Shown: positions 1 through 13,288 of the stretch, in pieces | Numbering within the stretch: position 1 is the first letter of the stretch | Layout: every line of letters begins with the position of its first letter | NCBI GenBank assembly: GCA_051294905.1 | Contig: CM119371.1 | Coordinates: forward strand, 15,130,001-15,194,000 | From: Botryllus schlosseri | Taxonomy: Eukaryota | Reading direction: 5' to 3' | Length of the DNA: 64,000 bases | Translations under genes and position numbers: made by a program | The notes under the pieces: generated by a model | Told to the model about the DNA's origin: nothing | What the model saw: the letters and a program-made list of their open reading frames with translations, nothing else | Database searches by the model: none

Positions 1-15
1 TAGCATTCGCACCAT
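1..15 (-). CDS. 5' end (MVRML...) of another BTB-Kelch paralogue (A0) continuing off the left edge
   Basis: Same start context 'gcaccatgatcgct' as genes at 3136 and 33972. Upstream 16-1050 is homologous to the flank of the paralogue at 33972 (33973-34850, 37326-37400). Splice acceptor ttctcttttgtacAG at 43-60. Confidence 0.7.
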
Positions 16-1543
16 GATCGCTAATCTCTAATTAGGTATATGCTGTACAAAAGAGAATAGCAGATGTAATCTGTACTGACAGTAAACATGAAGGCATCAC
101 ATACCACTAGTCAGAACAGAGAAAATCAATATGAACTGAATATACTAGCATTCCGATGCACATAGCATATAACGAAGGTGTGAACAAGAAAATAGTCAAA
201 ATTGACATCAGGGTACTAATCAAAATATCCAGATTGGAAACAAACATCAACTTCAGGCCGCCTGGTGTAAGCAAATGGATACTCTTTCACCAGGTAGCCA
301 TATGGAAATCTAAAAGTCCTAGCCAATATCTTCGGCTAATTCCAGAGTTTTTACCTGACTCAACGTCAGATCAGCTAGTGTTACCAGATGGGCAATCCTC
401 TATCCTCTATGAAACAAAGACAAAGAAAGCCTATAGGATTTGAAAGTTGACTTATGGCAACTCCGTTTGCTCTTGTTACCGTGTTAAAGGGCAGGCATGT
501 TCTTGAGAATCTAAATCTGTCCGACACCTTAGTATCGCAACGATAATCCATTTCACTCATGAGGAACTTATCCAACAATCTGAAAATTCTGTTTCAGATA
601 ATACATTGGAGAATCGCAATCATACATCGGAACGAATACAAATGAAAAAATAATTTGGACTTGCAAGTCTAGAAAGAGCAACGCAGTGAGACAACACCAT
701 TAAATTAATGCAAGTCAACGAGTGTAAATGAACGTTCAACATTATCGCAACTCGGATCGGATGCAAAAAAAACAGCTGACAAAGATGAATGACAAATGAC
801 AGAGTTTATAAAAACAGTCAATCAATAAACTGTAACAAAAAATGAACATCAAAGAGTCATAAAATGTAAATTGCTTCAAGACTTCAGGAGCAAAAGAGAA
901 TCGGCAGTGGATGCAGACATCTCATCTGCTTTTTGCTCAGATTATTCCAGAAATATTTGAAAGAGCATACGAATTTAGGCTGACATGATTCTAAAAACGT
1001 TGGCTAATCGGCGCAAAGAACATCTAGCCAAAGGTGGTCAGTAATGAAGTACTGATAATTTTTTGGAGTACCCGAGTAGGTTTCGCCTATTTACACAACC
1101 TGCTCAGCTGGTTATAGACTTCGTCTACTTGAACAGTTTGCTGGGAAAACTTCTCACTTTTTAAATTTTGGCCACCTTTGGCTAGATGCAGCTACAGTTA
1201 TAGGTTGGATATGGGTTAGATTCGGTTGATTCAAATGGAATGCGGCAATATATCACAGGAAAAAATCATTTCCGTCATTCAAACAATTGAAACGATACTC
1301 TTAATGTATCACTACAACAATCTACAATTTTCTCACTAAAATGAGCTGTAATTTGATGGATCTGTCACATAGTCAATGTCGTTTCTGATATGAATACTAA
1401 CCACTTTGCAGTTACAGCATAACCAACTTATCCAAATTTCATGAATGCAGAATGTTCACACATTATTCTCAGAGGTTTTGAGCCCACATTAAAATATCTC
1501 ACGTCCTAAGATTCGAGAGGCCTTCAATTGAAGACACAGTTAT

Positions 1544-3136
1544 CTATATCTTCACCATTGCAGATCCGTGCCAGTACTTTACAACTGCTTCCTTTTTCAC
1601 GCTATGCCAATTTTTGTTCAATAAATCATACTTTTCAATGTTTTTATAGCCATCCACTACAAAAATACAGCTGCCAATGTGATACGCAGAATTGAATCCA
1701 TGACATATATTCATAGATGACACCGACGTCCATTGAGCTGATGATACATCGTAACATTCTACGTTCTTGTTGAGATCTTGTTCACTATAACCGCCGGTCA
1801 CGAAGATCTTTTGATTAACTGCAACAGCACCACATCCATACACAGGATATCTAAATGGTTCGAGGTCAACCCACTCTGAAGCGGACGGAGTGAATCTGCA
1901 GAATGAAGAAACTTGGGCAACATATTTCAATCCTCCAACACTGTAAATGGAATCATCCAGTGACACAAGTGTTGCTTTGCAAGTTGCTGTAGGCTTTTTT
2001 GGCAGTTGAATCCATTGAGTTAAATAGGTATCAAATCTTTCCACATCGTTTGATTCTTTGCCAAAACTTCCTCCGATGACAAATATGGATCCTGACGATG
2101 TCACTGAGCAAGGGAGCCGCCCGTGGTCAAAAATCATATCTTCCATTTTTTGCCAATTTGAATTTTTTCTCTTAAAATTGAGTCGGTGAACGGATTTATT
2201 CTGACATAAAACGTAAATATACTGGTGGAGAACAATCGTATCAAAAGAATCGAAATGCCGAAACTTTGGATCGTGAAACTTGGTTATTTTCTCCGAAATT
2301 GGATTGAAGGATCGAATACAATCGGTGTCCTCATCAAAAAAGATTCTCAATTCCTTTTTTCTTACCAGTTCAACTGATGCTTTTTGAATATGGCTCCTGA
2401 TCAAATTGTCCAACTCGGAGTCACGTTTGAAAATGGAGTGAGTTTCTAGAAGTTCTTGCAAAAACACAGGAGAGATTTCAACAAATTCGATCAATTCTAG
2501 ACATTCATACAAATTTTCCTTCTTCTCACATCTTTCAATCCACTTTAGCGTTAGAACTAATTTATCTTCTTCCCATAACTCCGATTTTGAAGACTTCAAG
2601 AGTTTAAAGATCTCACTTTTTTCAACGCTTCCAAATCCAGCCTGGTTTGCGATTTCCATGATATTGTCTTGTAAAAATATCCTGCATCTTGATGTGACTT
2701 CAACCAGTCCATAAATATCACCAACATTTCTTGTAGAGAAGTAGTTCTCAACAGTAATTGATTCCGCCAAAATATCGGCTATTGCCTCCTTTACATCTTC
2801 CAACTGCATCATAATTGCAATGTGAAGAAGTTCAATGGTTTTTCCATCTGGAATCTCAAATTTACTAGAATATACAAAATCGATGCAATTTTTCACACAT
2901 TCTGAATCGACATCTTTTAAAACGACTCTTCCTTCGCGACTCTCTTTTGTGTCATGTTTCAGCATGGCTCTAAAATATGCGGAGCCAGCCGACAATACAA
3001 TTTTGTGAGTACGATACACATCATCTCCGACTTGAATTATGAAATCACAATGTTCGTTATCTTGCTTCATTTGATGCAATTCCGCCATCATACACGCGCC
3101 ATGCTCTTCTGCATCCAAATATACCGTTTGCACCAT
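1544..3136 (-). CDS. BTB-BACK-Kelch (KLHL-like) protein, paralogue A1, 530 aa, intronless CDS
   Basis: BTB motif (HCDFIIQVG..Y.THKIVLSAGSAYFRAML), BACK region, Kelch repeats (IFVIGG, IYSVGG, IFVTGG, VECYD...W). Confidence 0.93.
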   Translation of the reverse strand: MVQTVYLDAEEHGACMMAELHQMKQDNEHCDFIIQVGDDVYRTHKIVLSAGSAYFRAMLKHDTKESREGRVVLKDVDSECVKNCIDFVYSSKFEIPDGKTIELLHIAIMMQLEDVKEAIADILAESITVENYFSTRNVGDIYGLVEVTSRCRIFLQDNIMEIANQAGFGSVEKSEIFKLLKSSKSELWEEDKLVLTLKWIERCEKKENLYECLELIEFVEISPVFLQELLETHSIFKRDSELDNLIRSHIQKASVELVRKKELRIFFDEDTDCIRSFNPISEKITKFHDPKFRHFDSFDTIVLHQYIYVLCQNKSVHRLNFKRKNSNWQKMEDMIFDHGRLPCSVTSSGSIFVIGGSFGKESNDVERFDTYLTQWIQLPKKPTATCKATLVSLDDSIYSVGGLKYVAQVSSFCRFTPSASEWVDLEPFRYPVYGCGAVAVNQKIFVTGGYSEQDLNKNVECYDVSSAQWTSVSSMNICHGFNSAYHIGSCIFVVDGYKNIEKYDLLNKNWHSVKKEAVVKYWHGSAMVKI

Positions 3137-4013
3137 GATCGCTAATCAATAATTAGGTATATGCTGTATAAAAGAGAATAAATGACGTAATATGTTTTGA
3201 AAGTATAAATGAACAATCCCAGGTGACATATAAAGCAAGTCAGACTAGGCAAAATTATACGAATTAAATATACGAGCTGACACATATATCCAATGAACAG
3301 ACAAGAAAATGGTCAAATCTTAACATCAAGGTGCTAATCACAATGTCTAGATTTGTAGCAAAAACGAACTTCAGGCCACCTGGTGTGAGCAGACGGTTAC
3401 TCCCTGATCAGGTGGCCATACCCAAACCCAAAAATGTCAGAGTGGGATCCTACCCCATATCTTCGGCTAGATACAGAGTTTTACCCACGACTTCACGTCA
3501 GATCCGGTAGCAGCAGAGTGAAAGCAAATGTAATAACAAATATAGTATAGACGCTGAACTGATGAAACAGTTAATAACGGTTGAGACACCGTAGAGCAGA
3601 GCTGGTCTCATTCGCAAATTTCCGAATCCACCCGGCTCCGGCTTGCCATTTGAAATTCAGTATCCGAAACATTTTGGATGAAGGATTTAGAGTCCAAAAA
3701 AGGCCGTCTGAAATCATACTAATGTCTCATACTTCAGTGGAAAATCCTGCTAGTCTCCTAATTTCCATGCGAAGTCACAATCCGGATCCATCCCACAAAA
3801 TACAGTCCTTCGTACCAGGGCTTTGGAGCCAGTGGCGTAGCAGCCATCTGGCGCTTCTGGCTCTGCGCCAGGGGCGGCAGGCTCCAAGGGGGCGGCAAAA
3901 GGAGGCTGGACACAGCACGAAGAGATGGCTAATCACGAGGTAATTGTTGAAGTTGTTTGTAAACGTTTAAATGACGGGTTGTGGTTAAATTTATACAAGA
4001 GGTAAATTAGACT

Positions 4014-4172
4014 CTCAAAATGATGACGTCGTATTTACGTTCTACCATGACTGAAGATCTTCTATCAGTAATATGAATTCTTTCTATAGAAAAAGACTAC
4101 GTCCAAAAACTTGATTTTGAAGATGTTATCTCTGATTTTGCTTAGGCGAAAGCGCGAAAAGTTCAATTTTGA
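4014..4172 (+). pseudogene. hAT transposase C-terminal dimerisation domain relic
   Basis: Manual translation LKMMTSYLRSTMTEDLLSVI*ILSIEKDYVQKLDFEDVISDFA*AKARKVQF* matches the LK..K.YLRSTM...RL..LA.LSIE motif; two stops. Confidence 0.8.
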
Positions 4173-4879
4173 GGAGGCTATTGAACTATAATTTTCTAAT
4201 ACATGTGCGGCCAGCCCGTGGCCCACAAGATAACTATCACCGAAACTTCACCAAGGTCATTTATTTTTAACTTTCAAGGTCAACCCCAAAGATTTTATTA
4301 GCCTGACCATGAGATTTAGGATACTGATGAGTAAAATATCAGTTCTGCGACGCATTGGTGTGGCCATGGGCAAGCCACACCTTTCGGAGATATTCGCACA
4401 CTATCGTAAAGATAATATTTCGTGTCAGATTTATTTCACTGGAAGTTCTTCTTAGCGCTGCATGTGATCAATTGTTATTCGATCTATTGCTTATAAAATT
4501 GCTACCGCTACTGCAAATTAAAAACAAAAAATACGCCCATGAGGGTAAATCTATTCTCAATGATGGAGAGAAAGTGCTGTCCAACGAGAGACTTAACGTG
4601 TGCGCTCGCAGAAAGATCGTCGGCGATGGAAACTTGGCTCAAAATGTTGGACGCATATTGGCTGGGGTTACCATACGTACTTCTTTAGGAGCAACGTCGT
4701 AACTGGTGCACCCCAAACCCCTAATTGGGGGAGGGGCGAGCTTGAAGGGGGCCCATAATTCATTTGTGAACGAGCATTAATTATACGTTTTTTTAATCGT
4801 TGCGTGCGATTTCATGTAGATAAATGTTTTGATTATTGGACACCCTTCCCCCAGCAAACACTAGATGTCTTTTGAACCT

Positions 4880-5372
4880 GTCAGGATATCTTTTTCTTGT
4901 CCAGCCAGGTTGAAATCATATCTTGTGCATGCTTTGTGCTGAAGCACGACTTAAATATATCTTTTTCATCTCCAGTCATGTTCAAATCATATCTTTGTGC
5001 AAACCTTGTGCTGAAGCACGACTTAAATATATCTTGTTCTTGTCCAGTCAAGTCCAAATCGTATCTTGTCCATACCTTGTGCTGAAGCACGAATTAACTA
5101 TATCTTTTTCTTGTCCAGTCAAGTCCAAATCATTTCTTGTCCATACCTTGTGTGCTGAAGCACGACATCAATATATCTTGTTCTTGTCCAGTCAAGTCCA
5201 AATCATATCTTGTCCATACCTTGTGCTGAAGCACGGCTTAAATATATCTTGTTCTTGTCCAGTCAAGTCCAAATCATATCTTGTCCATACCTTGTGCTGA
5301 AGCACGACTTAAATATATCTTGTTCTTGTCCAGTCAAGTCCAAATCATATTATGTGCATACCTTGTGCTGAA
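4880..5372. repeat. About 71-72 bp tandem repeat, about 7 copies (left subterminal repeat of the EnSpm-like element)
   Basis: tgtgctgaa recurs at about 4935, 5007, 5078, 5151, 5222, 5293, 5364. Confidence 0.9.
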
Positions 5373-5916
5373 CCACAACTTTTCTTGGCCAAATTTTGTC
5401 GAATGCTGAAAATATATTTGTTAGGAATATCAAATTCGATTATTGCTTCCTATTATGGTAGAGTGGTGTTTATAAATGTACAGTAGATTATATTGAACTT
5501 TTACTCTCATGGGGCGATTAATCAACTGTGTCACTACCGTATGTTCCACCTAGTGTCACGCTCTTTCTTGCAATTTTACAGACTAAAATTAAATATCATA
5601 TTAGCCCGCATCCTCGCGCTCCGCCACCTCCGCTGCTTTCGGTGGTTGGGTTGTATTTGATTGGAATTGGTCGGTTCCCAAATTTTGGAAGGAAATTTGA
5701 AAGTCCGCAGAATCCGGCTGGAGAATTTCCGGTTCTGCGCCCAAAAAACTTCTGCCAAAATCATGATATCGTATTTAATATTATAATTAAGAATGTTGCC
5801 AAAATCCGACTGTCGAAATAAATTCAGAATCCGCATCCAGTCCGGCTGAAATCCTGCTACGACTCCGGCTTCTGATCCGGAGTGTAAACAAGACGCCATT
5901 TCTCCCTTGCGAGTTC

Positions 5917-7507
5917 CAGAGATGAGCGGATTTGAAATTTCTATGTCCTAATCCAATCCAAATCCGAACCTTCAAATCCAAGTCCAAATCCTAATCCATA
6001 ACTTTTTCATATTCAAGTCCATGTCCAATCCTATCATCATCATCATCATTGGTTTATTAGCAATTTTATCAGTTCAATACACCACAAAATATGCGATACA
6101 ATGAATAGACAGGAAGATGTCGAAGCGACTTGGATTTGTCAATGGAATCGGACACCCACCTTGGCCTAGGCGTAGTAAAGAGGAGGCATGCACACTGAAT
6201 GAAAGTAAAGAATACAGTATAGAAAATGAAAGCGACAAGAAATAGGGCAGCATGTCATGGGAAGCGAGATCGATAGGTCAGTCGTGGTCCGGTAATCTTG
6301 AGGATGGACTGTATTTATTTAGTAGTAATTGCTTGTATTTCGACTTGAATGTGGACATGCTCGTCGACTGTCGGATGGCCGGCGGGATACTGTTCCACAC
6401 ATCAGGTCTGGCATATTTGATGGAGCGATGATCTTTTCGGTCGATCATATGATATTTGGACGACGTGGACGCGCGTGTGTTGTACTTGTGCGCTTTTGAA
6501 TCAGAGGTAAAGAAGTCATTGAAATATTCGGGGCAACGACCGCAGTGAAACTGATACATAAACTTGGCGATTTCTAGTTTCCGCATATCTTCTATGTTTA
6601 GGACGCCGAATCTCTTCAGCAGCGACTTATTGGATGGGCAGCCAGGCCCCTTTGGGGCCCTAGCTATGATTCGGAGCACTTTATGCTGTAGTTTCTGCAG
6701 TGGCTTGAGTGCAGTTTTACTGGCAGCCCCCCAACAGAGGATGCCATAATGTAACTTCGATTGGATTAAGGATTTAAAGAGTATCAGGAGAACCCATGCT
6801 GGCATGAAGCGCCCAAGGCTGTAGAACAGGCCGCACTTCGGTGATAATTTAGTTTCTAGGGACTGAATATATGACTCTTCCAGGACATGTTCGAGTCCAG
6901 TAAAACTCCGAGATATTTGGCATTATCTGTGTTGGAAACGGGCTGACCAGCGATATTAACGGTTAGGTTATTTTTTGAATTGACTGTCAGCAATTGCGAT
7001 TTCGAGGCGTTTATGCAAAGGTTGTTCTGGGCCGTCCACTCATGGACTTTGGGCATTTGGTCACCAGTCAGGGCATCCAGCTCTGCCGTCGAAGATGCGG
7101 AAGAGAGGAGGTGAGTATCATCAGCGAACAGTGTGGTGTTCAATGAGGAGGTTTCAAAAATGTCGTTGACATATAAGGTGAAAAGGACCGGTCCAAGTAC
7201 TGAGCCCTGGGGCACACCACAGAAAAAAAATAATTTATGCAATGGAGGGATTCGAAAATTTTCTTTTACAACCAACGATTCACTTGATTCAGGATAACCT
7301 AGTAACCATAAGTACATTAATAACTGATTTGAATAAAGTTTGTCGCCATTCGCCACACGACATTTCAATCTCCCAGAAAATAGATAAATCCAATCCAAAT
7401 CCTAATCCGTTCTGAAAAAAATGTCTAATCCAAATCTAATCCAAATCCGACAAAATTTCACAAATCCTGTTTTTTCAAAACCTAATCCTAATCCATGCTC
7501 ATCTCTG
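5917..7507. mobile_element. hAT-type MITE carrying a LINE insertion
   Basis: TIR cagagatgagc / gctcatctctg, perfect 8-bp TSD gcgagttc, internal aatcc repeats. Confidence 0.85.
6033..7222 (-). mobile_element. 5'-truncated CR1/L2-type LINE (RT C-terminal half, frameshifted)
   Basis: GVPQGSVLGPVLF..YVND, LFADDT, KYLGV.LD..MSWKSHI, LHYGILCWG motifs; (ATC)n tail at 6033-6050. Confidence 0.88.
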
Positions 7508-8182
7508 GCGAGTTCACATAAGTTTCGGCGCGAAATACAGGCAGACAAAGCGCTCTCGTAATGGAGGCTTACAGCTACGCAGTCGTATGTTAGGTTTAGT
7601 TGCGTTCTGGAATTAATCGTGGTAAATTAAGGCTCAACCAACCATATTCCTTCAGAGGATTACTGAAAACTGAACTGTAGATGGTAATTTATATATGCTT
7701 GATACGAAACATAGGTATATAGTGTATGGTATAATCTCACATAGAACTTGGTTTGCACTTTTGCGAATATCATATAAGCTATTGTGACAGTGCTGGATTA
7801 TATAATATCATCAGATGGTGGTCGCTAAAATCATTCATCGTGATCGAATGTTCTTGTACTTTTGTCTATAATAGTGTAGTGGGAGCTCAGCTACAACGTG
7901 GTAATGCCCAGATATAAAAGAAGACGGGGGAAGCACAGACGTAGGCAGTACCAGAAAGAGTGGCTACGGTTCAAGCGAGCTAGAACCGCCGATTTGACGG
8001 GACGGATCGTTTCATCATCATCAAGTGAAATATGACACGGGCAATTGGACTCTGTACAAAATACGTATCAAATGCTCATCCGGTAAGTCAACTCATAATT
8101 TGTGAAGGTTTACCGTTACTCAGTACCAGTGTTGGGATGACTTGAATCATGACAATAATGAGACTGTAGCATGTAGCTATAC

Positions 8183-9996
8183 CAGTGATTCCCAACCGCG
8201 GCCTCGAGCTGGCCGTCTTGCGTCCCCCACAAAAATTTCAAGAAATCGATTTATGATATAAAATTTATATTTATAAAATTCTCTTGCTTAGCTTGGAGTC
8301 TGGAGTTAGGATTGCAGTAAAGTTCTGAGTAGAGTGCTAACGTTATGTCACTACTGTATATAGGTATTGATAACTAATCTACGAATAGATGTACACTACA
8401 AAAAAAAATTAGACAAACTTGGTCTCAAATTTAAGAAATGAGGATGATTTGGTCTCATTTTCAGCAATTTTGGTCTCACTGATGAATTGAGGTCTTAAAA
8501 TTGAGACCGATTCAGCTTTTTAAGACCATATATAATTGTCACAATTATTTGGTCTTAAAAATAAGACCAATAAAACGCATCACGACCAATAAAACGCATC
8601 TTATAAGACATATTGTGCTTATTAAGACAATTTTTGCTATGTCAGTATTTTTGGTCTTAAAATTGAGACCGATTCAGCTTTTTAAGACCATATATAATTG
8701 TCACAATTATTTGGTCTTAAAAATAAGACCAATAAAACGCATCAAGACCAATGAAACGCATCGTATAAGACATATTGTGCTTATTACGACAGTTTTTGCT
8801 GTGTCAGTATTTTTGGTCTTGTTTTTAAGACAAATTTCGCTAATCAAGAAACGACATGATTTGTGGTCTTAAAAATGAGACCGGAAAGTTGACATGGGCC
8901 AGGAGCTGTAAGACATAACTAGCTTATTGAGATAATTTTTGATGTGTCAGTATTTTTGGTCTTGTTTTTAAGACAAATTTCGCTAATCAAGAAACGACAT
9001 GATTTGTGGTCTTAAAAATGAGACAGGAAAGTTGACATGGGCCAGGAGTTATAAGACATAACTAGCTTATTGAGACAGTTTATGATGTCTAGCATATTGA
9101 GACAGTTTATGATGCATCAGTTTTTCTGGTCTTGTTTTTAAGACGAACTTTGCTAATCAAGAAACATCATGGTCCGTAGTCTTATAAATCAGAATGGAAA
9201 TTGTCATGAGCCCGGAGCACAAGACGTAGTTAGGTTTATTTGACAAATTTTGATCCATCAAAGGTCATTGCAAATACAATCTAGCGGTGACTTGAGAGCG
9301 GAGAGCCAAAACGTATTTGGTGGTGCCATGTTTGTCCATTTCTCGTTGATCACATGTCACACTTCAAATAAGTCAAATACAGGATGCATTTGCACCAGAA
9401 CAAAAATTCAAAGTACCGTACCTTGTCACTTTTCACTGACACAATGGTGTTGGCACGTCGCACTCACCACAAATACTATTATATACTCAAACTACACTGT
9501 ATATTGTTTGGAGGATTGTATACAAATTGGTGAGTGTTATATAGAATGATAATGATATATAATGGGTAGGCTATATAATGAACTACGAATTCAGGTGTAT
9601 ATGTTATGCAGAACCTAATACTGACATGAATACCCACACAGCACTCGTGGGCGACAATGGTCTTATTTTTCAGCATTTTCAGTCTTAATTTTGAGACGAA
9701 AAATCATTGTTAAGACCGATCAGTCTTTAAGACCGATTGGTCTTTAAGACATTTTTTTTTCTAAAAAGTCACTTTGAGACCATAAGACCAAATTTGTCTA
9801 ATTATTTTTTGTAGTGTACAACACGTGACTCACGGTTGAATACGCTGAGGCAAAACCCAGCAGCAGTTCTGCTCGATTTTACTCTATTTTGTGAACTTTT
9901 TATTGATCTTAAGCAGTCACGAATTCGTGCGGCCCCAACTATATACTCTGAAATTCTAAATTTGGCCCTGACACCGAAAAAGGTTGGGAACCACTA
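8183..9996. mobile_element. hAT (Charlie-like) MITE with nested CACTA element
   Basis: Ends cagtgattcccaacc / ggttgggaaccacta; TSD agctatac / agctatat. Confidence 0.75.
8394..9816. mobile_element. Non-autonomous CACTA element
   Basis: TIR CACTACAAAAAAAATTAGACAAA / TTTGTCTAATTATTTTTTGTAGTG, TA flanks, dense (a/g)agac motifs, internal about 162-bp and about 133-bp duplications. Confidence 0.85.
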
Positions 9997-12900
9997 AGCT
10001 ATATATACAGTTACTTGCGTACAGTGTTTCATTAGCAGTTCTATGCTTGCGTGTGCGATACAATATCGTTTTTTCAAGTTTGTGCGAGTTTTCAAATTTG
10101 AGTAATTCTAGATCTAGTTGCGCTGTTTACAAATCCAGTAGTTTGATAAATCTGGAAACTTACCATCTATATTATCCATCTGTTTTAGATTTATGGGTCA
10201 AGGCCTTTCGTGATATGAAGGCAGTTGTAGACAATAGTAGCTTGCCCTCCGCTTCAGATAAGGACCTACAACGGCCTAACCGAAAACGTCAGCCGCCAAA
10301 AAATTTTTTGACAAGTCCATGTCATCTGATAATCAAGGTGTAGCCTACACTGTTATTCTGCCTAATATGTTATACGCAGAAGTGACATATGTATAACTTT
10401 CATACTTTGTAGATGATGCTGTTCCTTCAAAGAAAAAACGTAATCCAAGTATTCAGACACAAGGCATGCCTATACCAACTCCAAGAGTGCGGTCACCTCC
10501 TGATTCTGGCGATGAAAGTGTGACAAGCAAGAGTGCTCCTGTTAATGATGGTTCAAATGCAAGTTTGCCATCATCAAGTGAGTAGAGTGTTCAAGAACAG
10601 CATGATCCCAACATTGAATGTAGCGGCCAGTTGCAGGGAATCAATCAATGCAGTAAGCTCCTAACACTTTGATTCGTTCTCGAATTTAAGCAATAGAGTC
10701 GGTCTATTTTCCAGACGATCCTTCATTTGTAAGCAATGTTGAACTGCAAAATTCTGACTGTCAACAACAAGGCCTATCACAAAGTAATGGTAAGTTTATC
10801 GCATATGATCAATCCAGTTTTCTTGAATTCAAATAATTTTTTAGCTCCTCCATGTTCTTCATCAACTCCAACATCTGCACACAGTGACCACTCTGATGCG
10901 TAAAGACATCAAGTTGCAGATGAACCAGATGATGGACCTCAGCTCCAAGCAGATGAATCAGATGATGGATCTAACTAAAGGTCACATCATCAACGACTCA
11001 AAAAATAAAAACAGTACAACAGCCCCTATCTTGCTTGAAGATCTTATTGAAAACCCCTGTCTAACCGTATCTCAGCTGGAACAACTGGAAAAGTACTTGA
11101 CTGACGGCGATTGCAAGAAATCTGAACTGGTATGACTTTTTCGATTAGAGCAAACTTAGCCTGAGTATCTAAGCCAGGGGCAGGCAGCATACGGCCCGCG
11201 AAGTGATTTTGTCCGGCCCGCCGACAGTTTTCTGTCCTACATGATAATGCCCCGCCCCAGTTTGCCGAGATTCCCCACTAATTCCTTACTACGTCAAATT
11301 TTAGTGACCATGTTATTATATTATACGTGTATGCGCAGCGTTGCGAGAGTGGAGCTTACGCGTAAGTTCGTTGAAGCGGGAAGACTTGCATTATCGGCAT
11401 TGACTATGCAATCAAACCTAATGTGGTCTGTGGTAATCATGATTTTTGTCGACTACAATGGTCAGCAGGCTGATATTTCCTATTTTTGATTCCGTAACCG
11501 CCGTCTGTAGCATGGCCCACTTCTAGGTTTTTGTAAGGCACCGCTTATGCCAGGGGCGCCAACTCAAAATGGGTTGCAGGCCACTTTTCGAATTTGGTAG
11601 AGGACGCAGGCCGCGTAATTCAGTATCGAAATTGCCTACATGACAATGTTATTCTCAAATCCACATTGTATTCGCCATTATCGGCGAGAAATGGCTTTGA
11701 AGTGACATTGCTGTCGTTAAAATACATTCATTAAATACGATATATTCCTTGTGGATAAATGGACAAATAATGCATCGATTAAGCAATCCGGTGCCCAGGT
11801 ACTTAATTTTCCTATATCCGGCCTGCCGACTGGAGAAGTTGCCCACCCTGATCTAACCTCTCGTCAAGATCAACGTTCCATCAAGTTATTTGATGTTTAT
11901 GCAGGCGCGTAGCCAGAGGGGGGTTTGGGGGTATAATCGTCATTTATGCATGTACTTTACCATGATGAATTGATGCTATATTAGTGAATTCGAAAAATAT
12001 TGAAACCCTACTCATTTTTTGGGCTGATCTAGTTATTTTTCATTCTGGTACACACCACTATCGTAAGGCAGGGCCATTTGTATTTTGTACTACAGTTATC
12101 TGCTTTGAAAGGACTTCACGGTGAACAATTGGCTTCAACGGTCAGAAATATCATGACAAGCATAGCTGTAAAAGATGTGTGGCAATTGTTCAGCGTAAAA
12201 GGTCAAACAAGCAAAAATGGACAAAAAAGAAGTTTTCAAAATGTTAATCTTTACAAGACTATTACACGTAAGTTGTTACTGATATTACAATCGAGATTAC
12301 AAAACCCTCGATAACAATGCCTTTCAGAGCATTTTTACAGAGTTAAAGTATTTTGCTTTCCCTTGTGAAAGATCATCGCAGCTAAATTGCAAATCCTTGC
12401 TGACCACACAGCCTTATAAGCCCTCGTTTGAAGTCATCTTCTACTGACATTGCCGACATGTCAAAATCACAAACAAGTGCGTTGATTGCGCAACTCGGTG
12501 TTGAGTCTGGAATGTTTTGAAATACCAATTTTGACACTATGGGGTGATCACATTCGAGAGAGATTGTTACCGCTGGCGGAGATTCCGATTTGCCGCATTG
12601 TTTTGTAATGCAGCCCCTGATCTACTTATATTATCTTTGAAGGAGCATGTAAAGTGGCTAATCCTACGGCCGAGAGTACAACGATTACAACCAAAGTGGG
12701 ACGATTTCTAACTTTTATTGGAGCTTGCAAGGTAATTTTGTTTATGAATCTGACGTCTGTGTGACAGCTGCGTTCTTTATCATATCATTTGACAGTAAGT
12801 GAATCGTTGCTACCTCCAGGGCCGCTACCATTCATCTTCAGAACACTATACCAGTGGTTCCCAAACTTTGACGTGATGTAATTAAAAAAAATTTATAGTC

Positions 12901-13124
12901 ATTTAATTATGTCAAAATTGTTGGTCTTGCTTGCATAAATTTATGATCATCTCGTTACACTTGCTCAGATTTAGCGGTGGAACCAATGTCTCCAAAACTT
13001 TCTTGCCAATAATCCGTCACTCATTTCAAACTCCTTTCAATTCACATTTCTACACGGGAAGCAAGTTCATCCTCAACTGGTCGCATTCGTACCGCGTGGG
13101 GGCTCAGATTGCTATTGCCTGACC

Positions 13125-13288
13125 CATGTTCCCTCTAAGCTGCACTGCGCACGTGCGCAATTGCACAGTGCTTAGTTGGTCTCTGCGCACAGAAAAAATC
13201 TGAAGTGATGTCATTTTTTTTAGTGGTTTTGCACTACTGTGAGTTGGTGAGTGTGTGCAGACTCGTCAAAAATTAGAGGGAGCATTGG
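13125..13288. mobile_element. Short MITE (family also at 19296 and about 49657)
   Basis: Ends catgttccctctaa / ttagagggagcattg; internal tgcgca palindromes. Confidence 0.7.

Noticed and set aside
1544..3136. Assigning a specific KLHL or KEAP1 gene symbol
   Set aside because: Divergent lineage-specific paralogues; orthology cannot be inferred without a phylogeny.
4880..5372. CRISPR-like array with palindromic gtgctgaagcac
   Set aside because: The intervening sequences are also repeated (no unique spacers), there are no cas genes, and the context is eukaryotic. It is a transposon subterminal repeat.
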